Shown in pieces: positions 39,500 to 53,067 of a DNA stretch of 64,000 bases (its first letter is position 1; every line of letters starts with the position of its first letter). The position numbers and the translations under genes are program-made. Source of the DNA: Octopus bimaculoides (taxonomy: Eukaryota); the NCBI RefSeq assembly GCF_001194135.2, contig NC_068989.1, positions 1,655,476 through 1,719,475 on the forward strand. Reading direction: 5' to 3'. The notes beneath the pieces are model-generated. The model worked only from the letters and a program-made list of their open reading frames with translations. It was not told the origin of the DNA and did no database searches.

Positions 39500-39990
39500 C
39501 AAGACAGATACAGAAGACTGGTGACTATGGATTAGGAGGAGTGACCTGAAGATAGAGACAGAAGCACTCATATGCGCAGCTCAGGAACAAGCGTTAAGGG
39601 CCAATCGTATGAAGTGCAGAATAGACAACACTACCGATAGCGACAAATGCAAAATGTGTGGTGAGAGGGATGAAACGGTATGGCACATCGTTAGCGAATG
39701 CCTGAAATTGGCACAACACGAATACAAACGACGGCATGACAATGTGGCATGAATGATCCATTGGGAGCTCTGTGGAAATCACGGCCTACAAAGAGCAAAG
39801 CCGTGGTTTGAGATTTGCAAAATCCTGTGAGATGCAATGATTCAGTGCGATCACCTGACCAGACATCGGAAACCGGACATTGTTGTGGTGAATAAACAAG
39901 AAAGAACATATATGATAATCGACGTAGCATGCTCCGTTGACAACAAGATCAAAGAGAAAGAAGAATAAAGAATAAACAACTATGAAGCGG
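39500..39990 (+). mobile_element. R4/Dong-like retrotransposon fragment with CCHC finger and RLE motif
   Basis: WIRRSDLKIETEALICAAQEQALRAN...KCKMCGERDETVWHIVSECLKLAQHEYKRRHDNVA*MIHWELC...RKPDIVVVNKQERTYMIIDVAC. Confidence 0.9.
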
Positions 39991-41097
39991 GAAGTACGAA
40001 GGTTGCAATCAACTACTCTCGAACTAGAGGCGCATGCTCAGAGCAGGTCCTTTCACTCGGCCCATTCGCGCTAATAATTATAATCTCATAATACTCATAT
40101 AACGAATTGGTTTCTTACAAGACCAACTCCGGCAGCCATTAGCGAACGAAATAGCATGGCGTGGATTCTTTGCCACTGGACGCCTGAGAGTGTCCATAAA
40201 GTAAACAGGATGCGATAGACTGAAAAATTTGAAGAGTGGTTGTGTTCGCTGTGTATTTGGTGGTGGTGGTGGTGGTATGACAGGATGGAAATAATGACAG
40301 TAATGGTGACTTGGGGAATTGTTTCTTGTTGTTGTTGCTGTTGTTGTTTTTGTAGGTGTTGTTTTAGCTGTAAGCCAGTCCTGAGGAAACAAACCCAATT
40401 GATCGAGCATGTTTGATTCTTGACGATCTTCTACGTTCTTATGACTACATTGAACACTGTGAACCTCGCTTTCTAGAACAGTGGAGTTTAATTCGAGGGA
40501 TATTCGCCTGCTATTTCTGGTAGATCAAGCGACCGTATAGAGGCTCTTCCCGTTGGCTTCTAATGTGTCGTTTCTAGTAACGGGGGTGGTTTTGGGTAGT
40601 GGTGGCAGTGGCTTCAGGTGTTAATTTAGAAGTGATGATGGCTTTAGTTGGTTGGACTGGTGGTGGTGGTGGTGGGTTGAGGTAAGTGGAAGCGGTTGAC
40701 GCATTAGCACCACACCCACCCTTCGTCTACACCCCCAGTCGATGTGAGAATTAGACGAAGATAAATAAACAAGAAGCTCTTATATCACCCGTGGGTCGTC
40801 CGGCCAAAGGGATTATATTTTCCCACGCGATTCCTCATTAAGAAACAAAAAAAAAAGCCAAAGACAGGGAGAGAGAGAGAGAGAGAGNNNNNNNNNNNNN
40901 NNNNNNNNNNNNNNNNNNNNNNNNNNNNNNNNNNNNNNNNNNNNNNNNNNNNNNNNNNNNNNNNNNNNNNNNNNNNNNNNNNNNNNNNNNNNNNNNNNNN
41001 NNNNNNNNNNNNNNNNNNNNNNNNNNNNNNNNNNNNNNNNNNNNNNNNNNNNNNNNNNNNNNNNNNNNNNNNNNNNNNNNNNNNNNNNNNNNNNNNN

Positions 41098-41139
<42 letters not shown>

Positions 41140-42168
41140 GTATATATATATATATATTCCCTACTGTCTTCCATAGTATATAAAAGTGAAAGCTTGATAG
41201 CCACATTCCTTCAATCTTAATATAGGCAGGGCTTAAGTCAACTCATGATCAAGGTGACCATTTTCTAAACACGGTAAATCCGTGCAAACGTTCCGAGAGT
41301 CCAAGAATTACTCCGTGCATGAATTTATTTTGAGTGGTTCACATGTTAAGCCATAGCCGGGACCCCAATAGGGGCTTCGGCTCCGGGTCAGTTTAGACCC
41401 GGGAACAATAGCGAATAAGTGGTGGTTCCACATTCCTCAAAACTCCGGAGCTCCTGAATCAGAGCCCCAGCACCGATTGCAGCTTAAAGTCACACACACA
41501 CGTATGTATGTATGCATGTGTGTGCGTGTATGTACATACATATATATATATATATATANNNNNNNNNNNNNNNNNNNNNNNNNNNNNNNNNNNNNNNNNN
41601 NNNNNNNNNNNNNNNNNNNNNNNNNNNNNNNNNNNNNNNNNNNNNNNNNNNNNNNNNNNNNNNNNNNNNNNNNNNNNNNNNNNNNNNNNNNNNNNNNNNN
41701 NNNNNGTATATGTATGTATGCATGCATGTTTCACTGTGTATGCTTATATGTATCTCAGGATCAGACACATTCAACATTCAACAATTATCTTTGAGACAAC
41801 AAAATGCCGTCATTTCTGTTCTCTCCTTCATAAGAAAAACACAAAGACTCTTTCTTCATTTCACGACGCACTTTCTCTCTTCTCTTTCTTTTCCTCTTTT
41901 CGATACTTATAGCTTTCTACTCTCCCCCTTCCTCCCCCTTCCTCCCCCCCTCTCTCTCTCTCACTCTCTCCCCGTCACTCCCTCCTTAGCTATCCGTCTT
42001 TCACTATATTTTCTACTAAACATATATACACAATACAAATTCATAAATACAAACCTACACACACACTGACACACATACACACACCCCGTTACATATATGT
42101 ATATATGCATATGTACATACATGCATTTACACATACATACACACACACATTCATCACACGCACATTCA

Positions 42169-42215
<47 letters not shown>

Positions 42216-42894
42216 TATATACATCGAGACGTTTTTGTTGTGTTTTTTTTTATCACATTTTAAAGTTTTCCCCTGTTCTTTGTTGTTGTTCTTATCATGT
42301 TTCTCGGTCAAGAACACTTATGAATGAAGACATTTGTCAATGGATGTTCTCATTCTTAATGTATATTTGTTCAATATATATATGTTACGTTGAAGTGCGA
42401 ATCGACACTAAAACCGTTTACAGCGATATACTAAGTCATATCAGTTTACACTCATCGTCTCCCGTCGACTCTATTGACCTTTCCTTTCTTTATTAACTCG
42501 TTACTGCTTTATTAATTCTTTAATACCAATTAATCATCTTTAAACGTAACATATAACCTTCTTATATTATACTTTATCATAATTTTTTTTATTAAAATAC
42601 GAGGTTTTACTCAATCTTAACGGCCAGTTTCTCGTTTTTTCTCATGTTACTCTTTCTCCAAATATCTTTGGAATTTTAAGGATAATTTTACTGGCCATGC
42701 AATCGATAAATCCATTAGAGATCTCGTCTTCTCCCAATATGAATGGTTCCAGAAGGTGTATTCTATGTATCTGCATTAAGTATAACTGTACAGTTCTTTC
42801 CAGTTTTGGACAAGTATTGGAAATAGCGTATTCTTCTAGATACTTCCATTGCTACATCTTGTGCAATTTCCAACTATTGACTGACTAAAATAGC

Positions 42895-43060
42895 AGCATT
42901 TTCTCCGTCTTTACGTTCTGAGTTCAAATCCCGTCGAGGTCGACTTCACTTTCCATCTTTTTGGGATCGATAAAATAAGTACCAGTTGTGTACTGGGGTA
43001 TGTAATTGATTATCCCCTCCTCCAAATTCCAGGCCTTGTGCATATAGTAAAAAGGAGTAT
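42895..43060 (+). mobile_element. SINE family A, 5'-truncated, ending in (ATT)n
   Basis: TTTACGTTCTGAGTTCAAATCCCGTCGAGGTCGAC...GGCCTTGTGCATATAGTAAAAAGGAGTATTATC. Confidence 0.85.
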
Positions 43061-43111
43061 TATCATTATTATTATTATTATTATTATTATCATTATTATT
43101 ATTATTATTAC

Positions 43112-43161
<50 letters not shown>

Positions 43162-43167
43162 ATTATT

Positions 43168-43241
<74 letters not shown>

Positions 43242-43281
43242 CATTATTATCATGATCATCATGATCATCATCATCATCATC

Positions 43282-43331
<50 letters not shown>

Positions 43332-43332
43332 G
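43058..43332. repeat. (ATT)n/(ATC)n microsatellite, about 270 bp
   Basis: Seen directly. Confidence 0.95.
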
Positions 43333-43563
43333 TGATGGGCTCCATGCATCGTTGGGGAGCTTTCTTGTCTTCCTGTTCATCTCCTTTAGCTTCTCCTCTG
43401 TCCACTTCAGGGTTCCAGCGCCATACTGAACTACTGCGACTGCGCGCAAGTTTATTGCCAAAATTATGTTTCTGGCCTTCAGCTTTGAAGTCAATATTTT
43501 TCTCACTCGCCGCAGGTCCTCGCTTTCTCTCTTTTCCTTCATGTCGTCGTGTTTGATTCTTCT
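43333..43563 (-). mobile_element. R4/Dong-like retrotransposon, internal fragment
   Basis: RIKHDDMKEKRESEDLRRVRKILTSKLKARNIILAINLRAVAVVQYGAGTLKWTEEKLKEMNRKTRKL is a typical late-RT segment of R4/Dong-like ORFs. Confidence 0.8.
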
Positions 43564-43584
43564 TATTATTGTTATTATTCCTGA

Positions 43585-43856
43585 AAGCGGCGAGCTGCTG
43601 GCAGACTCGTTAGCACGCCGGACGAAATGCTTAGCGGTATTTCGCCCGTCGCCACGTTCTNNNNNNNNNNGCCGGACGAAATGCTTAGCGGTATTTCGCC
43701 CGTCGCCACGTTCTGAGTTCAAATTCTGCCGAGGTCAACTTTGCCTTTCATTCTTTTGGGCTCGATAAATGAAGTACCAGTGAAACACTGGGGTCGATGT
43801 ATTCGACTAGTCGCCTTCCCCATAATTTCAGCCCCGTGCCTATAGAAGAAAGAATT
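43585..43856 (+). mobile_element. SINE family A, full length, containing an assembly duplication
   Basis: Canonical head GGCGAGCTG...CTGGCAGACTCGTTAGCACGCCGGACG. A 44-nt segment is repeated exactly on each side of a 10-N gap. Confidence 0.9.
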
Positions 43857-43977
43857 AGTATCGTTATTATTAGTGTATCGACTATTCCCTTCCCCTGGAC
43901 ATGGCTGGTCTTGTACGTACATCAGAAACTTTTAATAGCGTTGTAGTTGTTGTTGTTGTTGCTGCTGCTGCTGCTGC

Positions 43978-44008
<31 letters not shown>

Positions 44009-44371
44009 GATGATAATGGCGATGACGACGACGACGACGACGACGACGATGATGATGATGATGATGATGATGATGAGGGTGATGATGATGACTTATTGTT
44101 GTAGCAAAAACTACCCAGCCAACCGTGATTACCCAACGTGGTTAATAGTTCTACCACACTTTACATCACCAAATTAACGAAGGAATTCCCGCCTGCCAAG
44201 CCAATGAGACGATTCCTTCTTAAACCATTTCTCACAACATTCCACTCTGTTTGATTAGAACCGATGCAGTCAAAATAATATTTTCTTTGTGTACCTTCCT
44301 GCTTACATATGTACATAGACATGTTGGTATATGTATGTATATAAAAATATGTATGTATGTATGTATGTATG

Positions 44372-44404
<33 letters not shown>

Positions 44405-44610
44405 TATATACATATATATACATAATATATATATACATATACATATATATATATANNNNNNNNNNNNNNNNNNNNNNNNNNNNNNNNNNNNNNNNNNNNN
44501 NNNNNNNNNNNNNNNNNNNNNNNNNNNNNNNNNNNNNNNNNNNNNNNATATATATATTTGTATGTGTAGGCGTGTATACACACACACACATATACATAAT
44601 ATATATATAC

Positions 44611-44642
<32 letters not shown>

Positions 44643-45099
44643 ATAATATATATATATACATATATATACATAATATATATATACATATACATATATATAT
44701 ATACATAATACATATATGCATATATATATATACATAATACATATATACATATACACATTCATATATACATATGGATACGGACTTATATACATATTTACAT
44801 GAATATTCCCTCGCGTGTCCTTCTTTGTGTGTGTGTGTGTGTGTGTGTGTTTATATAGATATGTATTAGTATATGTACATACGCACATCATATGTGTATG
44901 TATATGTGCGCGTAGTATCTATATGTATGTCTGTTTATATACCTACACACATAAAATTTTATCAAGAATTAATTCGAAATAATTTTGAAACTACAAACTT
45001 TTTGAAGGGAAATATTCCAGGACTTTCTCAGGACGTCTCTCCGTCTACATTCCTTCTCTGCTTGCCGTTAACGCTTTTAACTAACGTGTTAAACTAGAC

Positions 45100-45355
45100 C
45101 AGTGATTGTCAACCATTTTTTGCCTATGGACCCCTTTGATCCCTACTTTGTTCTACTGGGCCCCCATATTTAAAAAATTCTCTGATATTTTTATGATTAG
45201 ATATTAATTAGGAATTGTATAAAAAAAAATTGTAAAACTGTTTTGTGTATTGTAGAAGCATAACCAATGTGTTGCTCATAAACTTTAACAATAAAATATT
45301 TTATGGAGCCCCAAGGATCACTTGGACCTCTAAGGACCCTGGCTGAGGAGCACCG
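45100..45355 (+). mobile_element. hAT (Charlie-like) MITE with a perfect 8-bp TSD
   Basis: AACTAGAC occurs at 45092-45099 and 45356-45363. The ends are CAGTGATTGTCAACC and GGCTGAGGAGCACCG. Confidence 0.9.
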
Positions 45356-45624
45356 AACTAGACTATACTCGTATACAAATACTAAGGGCAGACAATCAAC
45401 CATCTTCTGTGAATGGATGACCTACTTTGCGGATTATAAACAACTAAGGCACAGTAGAGGGGTTTACTAAAATAATTGACAAGATATTCAGTTTTAAAAA
45501 ATGAAATGCACCGAAGCAGAGGAAAACTAATAAGACCCCCTTATATTTGATACAGAAACCGAAATAAGACGATTCGACTGAGTACATATATTCAATTGCT
45601 TAGGAATGAATAAACTTGGTAGAG

Positions 45625-46060
45625 TACAACTTAGATAACTTAGATATGTTTCGGCCAAAGGTTGGCTCAGGTCACATCAAACTTAACAGAATCACCTGAG
45701 AGGATCTGTTGAGTAATTTTCAAGTCAAGGTTTGTGGTACCATGGTCCATTCAAGTAGGAAGTTGTTGACTGAAAAGTATCAAGGTATAGGTGGCTCATC
45801 TCGTATCCCTTGAAGAAATTTGTCCGGATTTCGTTTGAAGGTGATGGGGTCTTTTTCTTCTTTTAATTGTTTTGGGATAATGTTAAATAGAGCAGGGCCT
45901 GTTGAGGAAATGATATTGTGTTGCAGTTAAATCATGTGTTGTGATCTTGAATTGTCTGGGGGACGTATAGCACTTGGTCCCAGCCTTGGATGAATTCTGG
46001 TCATTTGGGCAATACTGGTGGTATATCCTCCACATTGTGCAAATAATGTAACCCTCAGTA
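45625..46060 (-). mobile_element. CR1-clade LINE, 3' fragment from a second subfamily
   Basis: YIICTMWRIYHQYCPND...IHPRLGPSAIRPP...STGPALFNIIPKQLKEEKDPITFKRNPDKFLQGIRDEPP. Confidence 0.75.
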
Positions 46061-46462
46061 TATTACAGCTAAAAATAAGCAAAGGTATCAATGCTGAAGC
46101 TTTTCCATAAATAACTAACAGTCACAATATACTCGACTGGAATAGTCTTGGCAATTCCTTGAATTACCAAGACTAGACAGAAGAAGAAAAAAATAATGGC
46201 TGCTTATAGAATACCCTATCCGAAATCCGACACAGAGAGATTATATTTGTCTCGAATACAGGGTGGTAGAGGTTTTCTGCCACTAGAAAAATATGAAATA
46301 TCTTCTGTAAGACTACAGATGTATCTGGTATCAAGAATAAAAAGGAAACCAACAGCAATGTCTGTATGTATGTAAGTATATATGTTATATGTGTGTGTGT
46401 GTGTGTAAATATATATATATATATATGTATAAACATATATATATATACATACATGCACACAC

Positions 46463-46511
<49 letters not shown>

Positions 46512-46757
46512 TGTGAAAACATGCACATACGTATATATTGTTTTCAAGGAAGTCTGCAATAAAAAAAAAACACAAAGGCGGAGTTAAGAAGCAGTTGCAA
46601 GGAGAATGAGGAAACCACAAGAGAAATTCTTGAAGAGAACCTAATTCCTCAGCTGAAAATGGAATTACAGCAAGTCATGTAAGGACATTGGTAAGAAAAA
46701 CCCTACATGTAAAATATCTGACATAAAAAAAAGCAAAATTATCGCAGTGTTATTGTT

Positions 46758-46758
46758 G

Positions 46759-46840
<82 letters not shown>

Positions 46841-46872
46841 GATGATGATGATGATGATGATAATGATGATGC
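46758..46872. repeat. (ATT)n/(GAT)n microsatellite
   Basis: Seen directly. Confidence 0.95.
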
Positions 46873-46883
46873 TTACTAATTAT

Positions 46884-47100
46884 CTGGCAGAATCGTTAGC
46901 ACGCTGGATGAAATGCTTAGCGGTATTTCACCACTCGCTACGTTCAGAGTTCAAATTCCACCGAGGTCGACTTTACTTTTTCATCCTTCCGGGTTCGATA
47001 AGTTAAGTACCAGTGAAACACTGGGGTCAATGTAGTTGACTAGTCCCCTCCCCCAAAATTTCAAGGCTTTGTGTCTTCAGTAGAAAGGGTTATTATTATT
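46884..47100 (+). mobile_element. SINE family A, full length, with (ATT)n tail
   Basis: CTGGCAGAATCGTTAGCACGC...GAGTTCAAATTCCACCGAGGTCGAC...GTAGAAAGGGTTATTATTATT. Confidence 0.9.
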
Positions 47101-47780
47101 TTGTTGTTGTTTGATATATGTTAAATGGCGGCTATCGATGTATGTCGAATAACCTAACCCGATGAGGGTGGGGAGCCAAAGGAATGAGAAGGGAAGAGAA
47201 GTAGGAGAGCAGGAGAAGGCCATACAAGTTTGTGATATTCTTCAACTCGATGTATAATAAATGTCTGTTAGATCCTAAATTGTTTCAACACCTCTGTTTT
47301 CTGTTGCTCACAATTGTGTGACGATAGGATTTATTTCAAGATATAAGCTCAGATTGCGCCAGACTAATGCACTTTGCGCTAAATGGGGTCCCTATCAGGC
47401 CGCTTTTAGAAAGTACAGCAAGTATTAGCATTGAGGGTTGTCTGCATGACAAGGAGCATTCCATCAATAAGGCCGTTCGTATTGGCTTCCAGTTCCTATT
47501 GTTTTAATATTTTGATAAACTTTCTCAAGGACGTTGATTGTTGGCAAATCGGTTAATCGAAAAGTCTGGTGCCGTATAGTTGAAGGTTACCAAATCACCA
47601 CATCAGTTTGTTTGCTTTGTTTTGGGTTTTTTTTTCTTTGTAAGGAAAATGAAATCATTTATCGGCCGTAAAAGTAGTGCAATGCTAAGCAGTAACGTTA
47701 ACATACTGAATGAAATGCCTTACGTTATATAATCTGGTTCTTTACGGTGAGAAGTTGACCTGCCTTTCATTCTTCTATTA

Positions 47781-48288
47781 TAACGTGTTCTGATCAAAAA
47801 GTATGGACACTGGTGTCATAAAAAAGAAAACTCCAACACATATCGATTCTTCGGCGTTTCATCTGCTTCGAAGAGTTTCCTTCTGAAGCCACACACTTTA
47901 TCCAGCATCCATCGTTTCCGTTGATGGAAGCATTCCTGGAATTTTTTTGTTTTTGTTTTTTTGAGATAACCTCATCGCATTCTCTTGGATTCTCTCCATG
48001 TCTTGAAAAATTGTTCTTTTCAAGTAGGATTTCAATTTTGCCTGGAACCCGAAGCCATAGACCCCCGATTCGTCATCTGTTATGACCGTTTTCAAGAAGT
48101 TTTCCACGGTACAATCAAGGATATCTTGCGCAGCTGAGACCTGGTCTTCTTTTCGAGACGACGACACTCTACACACTTTACTTCCAAGCACTGCTAAAAA
48201 CAACGGAGGTGAGCGAGACCGTTGTAACATATGTCTTTAGCTCCGTTACTATAGCAACAACCACCATATTTTTTGATCAGATCTCGTA
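47781..48288 (-). mobile_element. Internally deleted mariner element with both TIRs
   Basis: The inverted ends are TAACGTGTTCTGATCAAAAAGTATGG and CCATATTTTTTGATCAGATCTCGTA. The translation includes AQDILD...NFLKTVITDDESGVYG (first catalytic D region) fused to LKRTIFQDMERIQENA. Confidence 0.85.
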
Positions 48289-48817
48289 AAAACCAGACAA
48301 GGCTGACATCAATGAAACCTGATAACCCCTACCTCACCGCAAGTCTTTAATCAATATTATAAATCGTAATTTGCTAAGTTCTAGGAGCAATCAAAAATCC
48401 TTTGGATTCGTCTGATCCTGTATGGTGACAAAAACCACCAGGGAAATATGATTTAATTTAGCGTTATAGAGAATCTCTATCAGTCAAATACACTGAAATT
48501 CGATATTTTCAAGAACATTTCAAGACCGACAAGAAGTCCCTTGTCATTCGCTCGACTTAGGAAAAGCAGCCAAGTCTGTTTCAAAGAATGCCACATGTGT
48601 TTTGGGTTCCTTGAGCCTTCAATGACGTGTATTGCAAGTCACATTCTTTGACGAAATCTGTCACCTACAAAAAAGTGAATAATACATTAACTGATATTGC
48701 GAAAAATCACCGAGCTGAATGAAAACTCGGTGTATACAACAGAAACAACATCAACTTAATATATATCAATATCAATATACAATATCTGTACATCACTTCA
48801 AAAACTCTCTACAAACA

Positions 48818-48865
<48 letters not shown>

Positions 48866-50450
48866 TAAACTTTTTTAGTAGTGTATAGAATAAGATATTA
48901 GCAATAATGAAAATGTTAGTCAGACGAAATGACGGAATTATTCCTTAATTCGTTTATATACAGGTACGGAAAGTCTTCAAATTCTTCAAGGAAATGGAAT
49001 AAATTAAAGGAAAAGAAAAGAACGTAAAATAAAGAAGAANNNNNNNNNNNNNNNNNNNNNNNNNNNNNNNNNNNNNNNNNNNNNNNNNNNNNNNNNNNNN
49101 NNNNNNNNNNNNNNNNNNNNNNNNNNNNNNNNNNNNNNNNNNNNNNNNNNNNNNNNNNNNNNNNNNNNNNNNNNNNNNNNNNNNNNNNNNNNNNNNNNNN
49201 NNNNNNNNNNNNNNNNNNNNNNNNNNNNNNNNNNNNNNNNNNNNNNNNNNNNNNNNNNNNNNNNNNNNNNNNNNNNNNNNNNNNNNNNNNNNNNNNNNNN
49301 NNNNNNNNNNNNNNNNNNNNNNNNNNNNNNNNNNNNNNNNNNNNNNNNNNNNNNNNNNNNNNNNNNNNNNNNNNNNNNNNNNNNNNNNNNNNNNNNNNNN
49401 NNNNNNNNNNNNNNNNNNNNNNNNNNNNNNNNNNNNNNNNNNNNNNNNNNNNNNNNNNNNNNNNNNNNNNNNNNNNNNNNNNNNNNNNNNNNNNNNNNNN
49501 NNNNNNNNNNNNNNNNNNNNNNNNNNNNNNNNNNNNNNNNNNNNNNNNNNNNNNNNNNNNNNNNNNNNNNNNNNNNNNNNNNNNNNNNNNNNNNNNNNNN
49601 NNNNNNNNNNNNNNNNNNNNNNNNNNNNNNNNNNNNNNNNNNNNNNNNNNNNNNNNNNNNNNNNNNNNNNNNNNNNNNNNNNNNNNNNNNNNNNNNNNNN
49701 NNNNNNNNNNNNNNNNNNNNNNNNNNNNNNNNNNNNNNNNNNNNNNNNNNNNNNNNNNNNNNNNNNNNNNNNNNNNNNNNNNNNNNNNNNNNNNNNNNNN
49801 NNNNNNNNNNNNNNNNNNNNNNNNNNNNNNNNNNNNNNNNNNNNNNNNNNNNNNNNNNNNNNNNNNNNNNNNNNNNNNNNNNNNNNNNNNNNNNNNNNNN
49901 NNNNNNNNNNNNNNNNNNNNNNNNNNNNNNNNNNNNNNNNNNNNNNNNNNNNNNNNNNNNNNNNNNNNNNNNNNNNNNNNNNNNNNNNNNNNNNNNNNNN
50001 NNNNNNNNCATATACAAGCTCCTACTTTCACTGATGATTTGAAATTAAGGTGAAATGTCCGGAGTTTTTCTCTTTTAGTTACTTATTTATGTAACTTTTT
50101 TTCTCACAAAATACTTTTAACTTAATGTTTCTAGCATCAAATATACTTTAAGTATATATTTTTATTTGCCACGCATCTGGTGACTGCGGATGGTTTAACA
50201 TCCAAAGATACCTCTCTCAATCTTTTTCTCTTGCTCTCTCCTTCAATGCCAACACTTATACAATTTTGCACATTTAACTCAGTGATTCAGTGATCAATAC
50301 TTTTGTGGCTATGCAAAAGTATTTCAAACGGGTGTGAAACGCCAGAGGCTGGTGATTAAATTAGATAATGAAACCAATCAATAAGATTTTAACTTTTGCC
50401 TCCCGTATTTTCAGTTTTCAGATTTTATGGTGTTCCTATCGTTTATAACA

Positions 50451-50600
50451 AGGCGGTGAAATGGCACAATTGTTATCATGCCGGACAAAATGATTAGCAG
50501 CATTTCTTCTGGCTATTTACGTTTTGAGTTCATATCTTGCCGAGGTCAAATTTGATTTTCATCCCTTCGCAGTCGTAAAATAAAGTACCAGTCAAATACT
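50451..50600 (+). mobile_element. SINE family A, degenerate
   Basis: GGCGGTGAAATGGCACAATTGTTATCATGCCGGAC...TTTACGTTTTGAGTTC...AAATAAAGTACCAGTC. Confidence 0.75.
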
Positions 50601-51192
50601 CAGATTGGTGGTGTTGTTGTTGTTCCCTAGATTTGACTAGATTAAACAGACATAATAAAAGACAATCCAGCCATGACCTTTAAATCTTTTGTTTTCATTC
50701 AGAGTCTATCAAAAAGTACATTTCTCTGTGTCTTTTCTTTGTTAAGACTGTAGGCTGTCCTTCGAGGGAGATTTGGCTGCTATTTCTAAGAAATCGGCAA
50801 TAGCGTAAAGACGACCTTTTCCGCGGGAATTTTATTAATATTCTTAAAATTATTAAAAAGTTCGAGATTTATTCGAAAAGTGAGCAAAGTGTGAAGTTGT
50901 GGTGTTTATGCCAGTCCTTTGGATATTAGGCTTTGGAAGAAGCTGCACCTGAGTTTATCGAATGAATTTAGCGCCATAAAGCAGGATGCAGGGCCCACTC
51001 CCTGGCAATAATGAAACGATGGAGAGATTGATAAACGAACCAGAACTTGTGTTACATCTGATAAAATTAATGAGTAACTTTAAGAGTTTTCTTCTGTAGA
51101 TTTTTATCTATCAACCCCTCCCCCCTCCGGCACCTTTCGATTTCTTTCCCACCACCACCACCACCATCTCTCGCTCTCTCATGCACGCACAC

Positions 51193-51229
<37 letters not shown>

Positions 51230-52377
51230 ACAAACTATTTCTCTCTCTTTTTCTCTCTCTCCCTTTCTTTCTCTCTTTCTCTGTCCCTATACATATGTGC
51301 GTGAGCGTGTGTGCGTGTATGCNNNNNNNNNNNNNNNNNNNNNNNNNNNNNNNNNNNNNNNNNNNNNNNNNNNNNNNNNNNNNNNNNNNNNNNNNNNNNN
51401 NNNNNNNNNNNNNNNNNNNNNNNNNNNNNNNNNNNNNNNNNNNNNNNNNNNNNNNNNNNNNNNNNNNNNNNNNNNNNNNNNNNNNNNNNNNNNNNNNNNN
51501 NNNNNNNNNNNNNNNNNNNNNNNNNNNNNNNNNNNNNNNNNNNNNNNNNNNNNNNNNNNNNNNNNNNNNNNNNNNNNNNNNNNNNNNNNNNNNNNNNNNN
51601 NNNNNNNNNNNNNNNNNNNNNNNNNNNNNNNNNNNNNNNNNNNNNNNNNNNNNNNNNNNNNNNNNNNNNNNNNNNNNNNNNNNNNNNNNNNNNNNNNNNN
51701 NNNNNNNNNNNNNNNNNNNNNNNNNNNNNNNNNNNNNNNNNNNNNNNNNNNNNNNNNNNNNNNNNNNNNNNNNNNNNNNNNNNNNNNNNNNNNNNNNNNN
51801 NNNNNNNNNNNNNNNNNNNNNNNNNNNNNNNNNNNNNNNNNNNNNNNNNNNNNNNNNNNNNNNNNNNNNNNNNNNNNNNNNNNNNNNNNNNNNNNNNNNN
51901 NNNNNNNNNNNNNNNNNNNNNNNNNNNNNNNNNNNNNNNNNNNNNNNNNNNNNNNNNNNNNNNNNNNNNNNNNNNNNNNNNNNNNNNNNNNNNNNNNNNN
52001 NNNNNNNNNNNNNNNNNNNNNNNNNNNNNNNNNNNNNNNNNNNNNNNNNNNNNNNNNNNNNNNNNNNNTTTGCGACTAATCTATTAATCCACATCAGAAC
52101 AGTACATCCTATCTAATCAACGATTATGAATAATTTGATAACTTGTATGCATTTATCTTTATCTATCTGATGTGTGTGGTGGGGAGGGGCGAGTGTGTGG
52201 GCGTGTGTGTTTCATGTTTATGTGCCACCTTCCTTTTCCTCCCTGCCTCTCGATCTCTCTCCCTCTCTTTCCCTTCTCCACTCTCCCTCCTACTCTTTCT
52301 CTCTGTCTTTCTCTGTCCCTCCCTCTCTCTCTCTCACATTCTCCCCTCTCTCTCTCTCAGCCTCTGGCTGTAAAGTA

Positions 52378-52490
52378 TTGGCAGAGTTGTTAGAACGTTG
52401 GATACCTGGTGGTATTTAATCATTCTTTTGCTCTTTGAATCCAAATTACGCCGGAGTCATCTGTACTTTTCTCCCGATCGAGGACCATAA
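52378..52490 (+). mobile_element. SINE family A, very degenerate 5' part
   Basis: TTGGCAGAGTTGTTAGAACG...TGGTATTT...CCAAATTACGCCGGAGTC loosely matches family A. Confidence 0.45.
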
Positions 52491-52509
52491 ACAATGAGAC
52501 CAAGGAGGT

Positions 52510-53006
52510 GGAACTGGCAGAACTGGTATGCGCATGTACCAAGTAAAGTTATGCAGGAGGACGGGAAAGTAAGGATACTCTGGGACTATGGTTTTCAGAC
52601 GGATCGTGTAATCGAATACCGTTGGCCAGACATTGTTATATTGAGTAAGAGAGAGAAATACTGTCAGATCGTTGATGTAGCCATACCAAATGACATGAAC
52701 GTTGTGAGTAAAGAGGTTGGAAAAATCCCCAAGTACTCCGAATTGAAAGTGGAAATGGCAAGACTGTACGAAAGCGAGAGGGTAATGTAAAAGTGATACC
52801 AGTGGTGATCGGAGCGTTGGGCTCAATCCCATTGACACTTCAAGACTTCTTAAGGCAACTGGAAATCCAATGCCAGATTGATGTCTTGCAAAAAGCAGCC
52901 TTATTGGGCACAGCAAACATCTTAAGGAAACTATTATCTGTCTGAGGTCCTTGTTGTGACTTGACAGAAGACTGAAGACTCCGGTGCATTTTACTGTGTT
53001 ACGAAG

Positions 53007-53008
<2 letters not shown>
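52510..53008 (+). mobile_element. R4/Dong-like retrotransposon, 3' end: RLE domain, 3' UTR and (AAT)n tail
   Basis: WYAHVPSKVMQEDGKVRILWDYGFQTDRVIEYRWPDIVILSKREKYCQIVDVAIP...KIPKYSELKVE, then after a frameshift VKVIPVVIGALGSIP...LQKAALLGTANILRKLLSV*. The (AAT)n tract is at 53009-53067. Confidence 0.9.

Positions 53009-53067
<59 letters not shown>

Noticed and set aside
43617-43714. Exact 44-nt direct repeat with a spacer, superficially CRISPR-like
   Set aside because: It is a duplication of SINE-A sequence across a 10-N scaffold gap, i.e. an assembly overlap artefact.
50020-50066. CTGATGA...GAAATGTC hammerhead-like motif
   Set aside because: Stem II does not close, stem III has only one pair, and the pair next to the core in stem I is mismatched.
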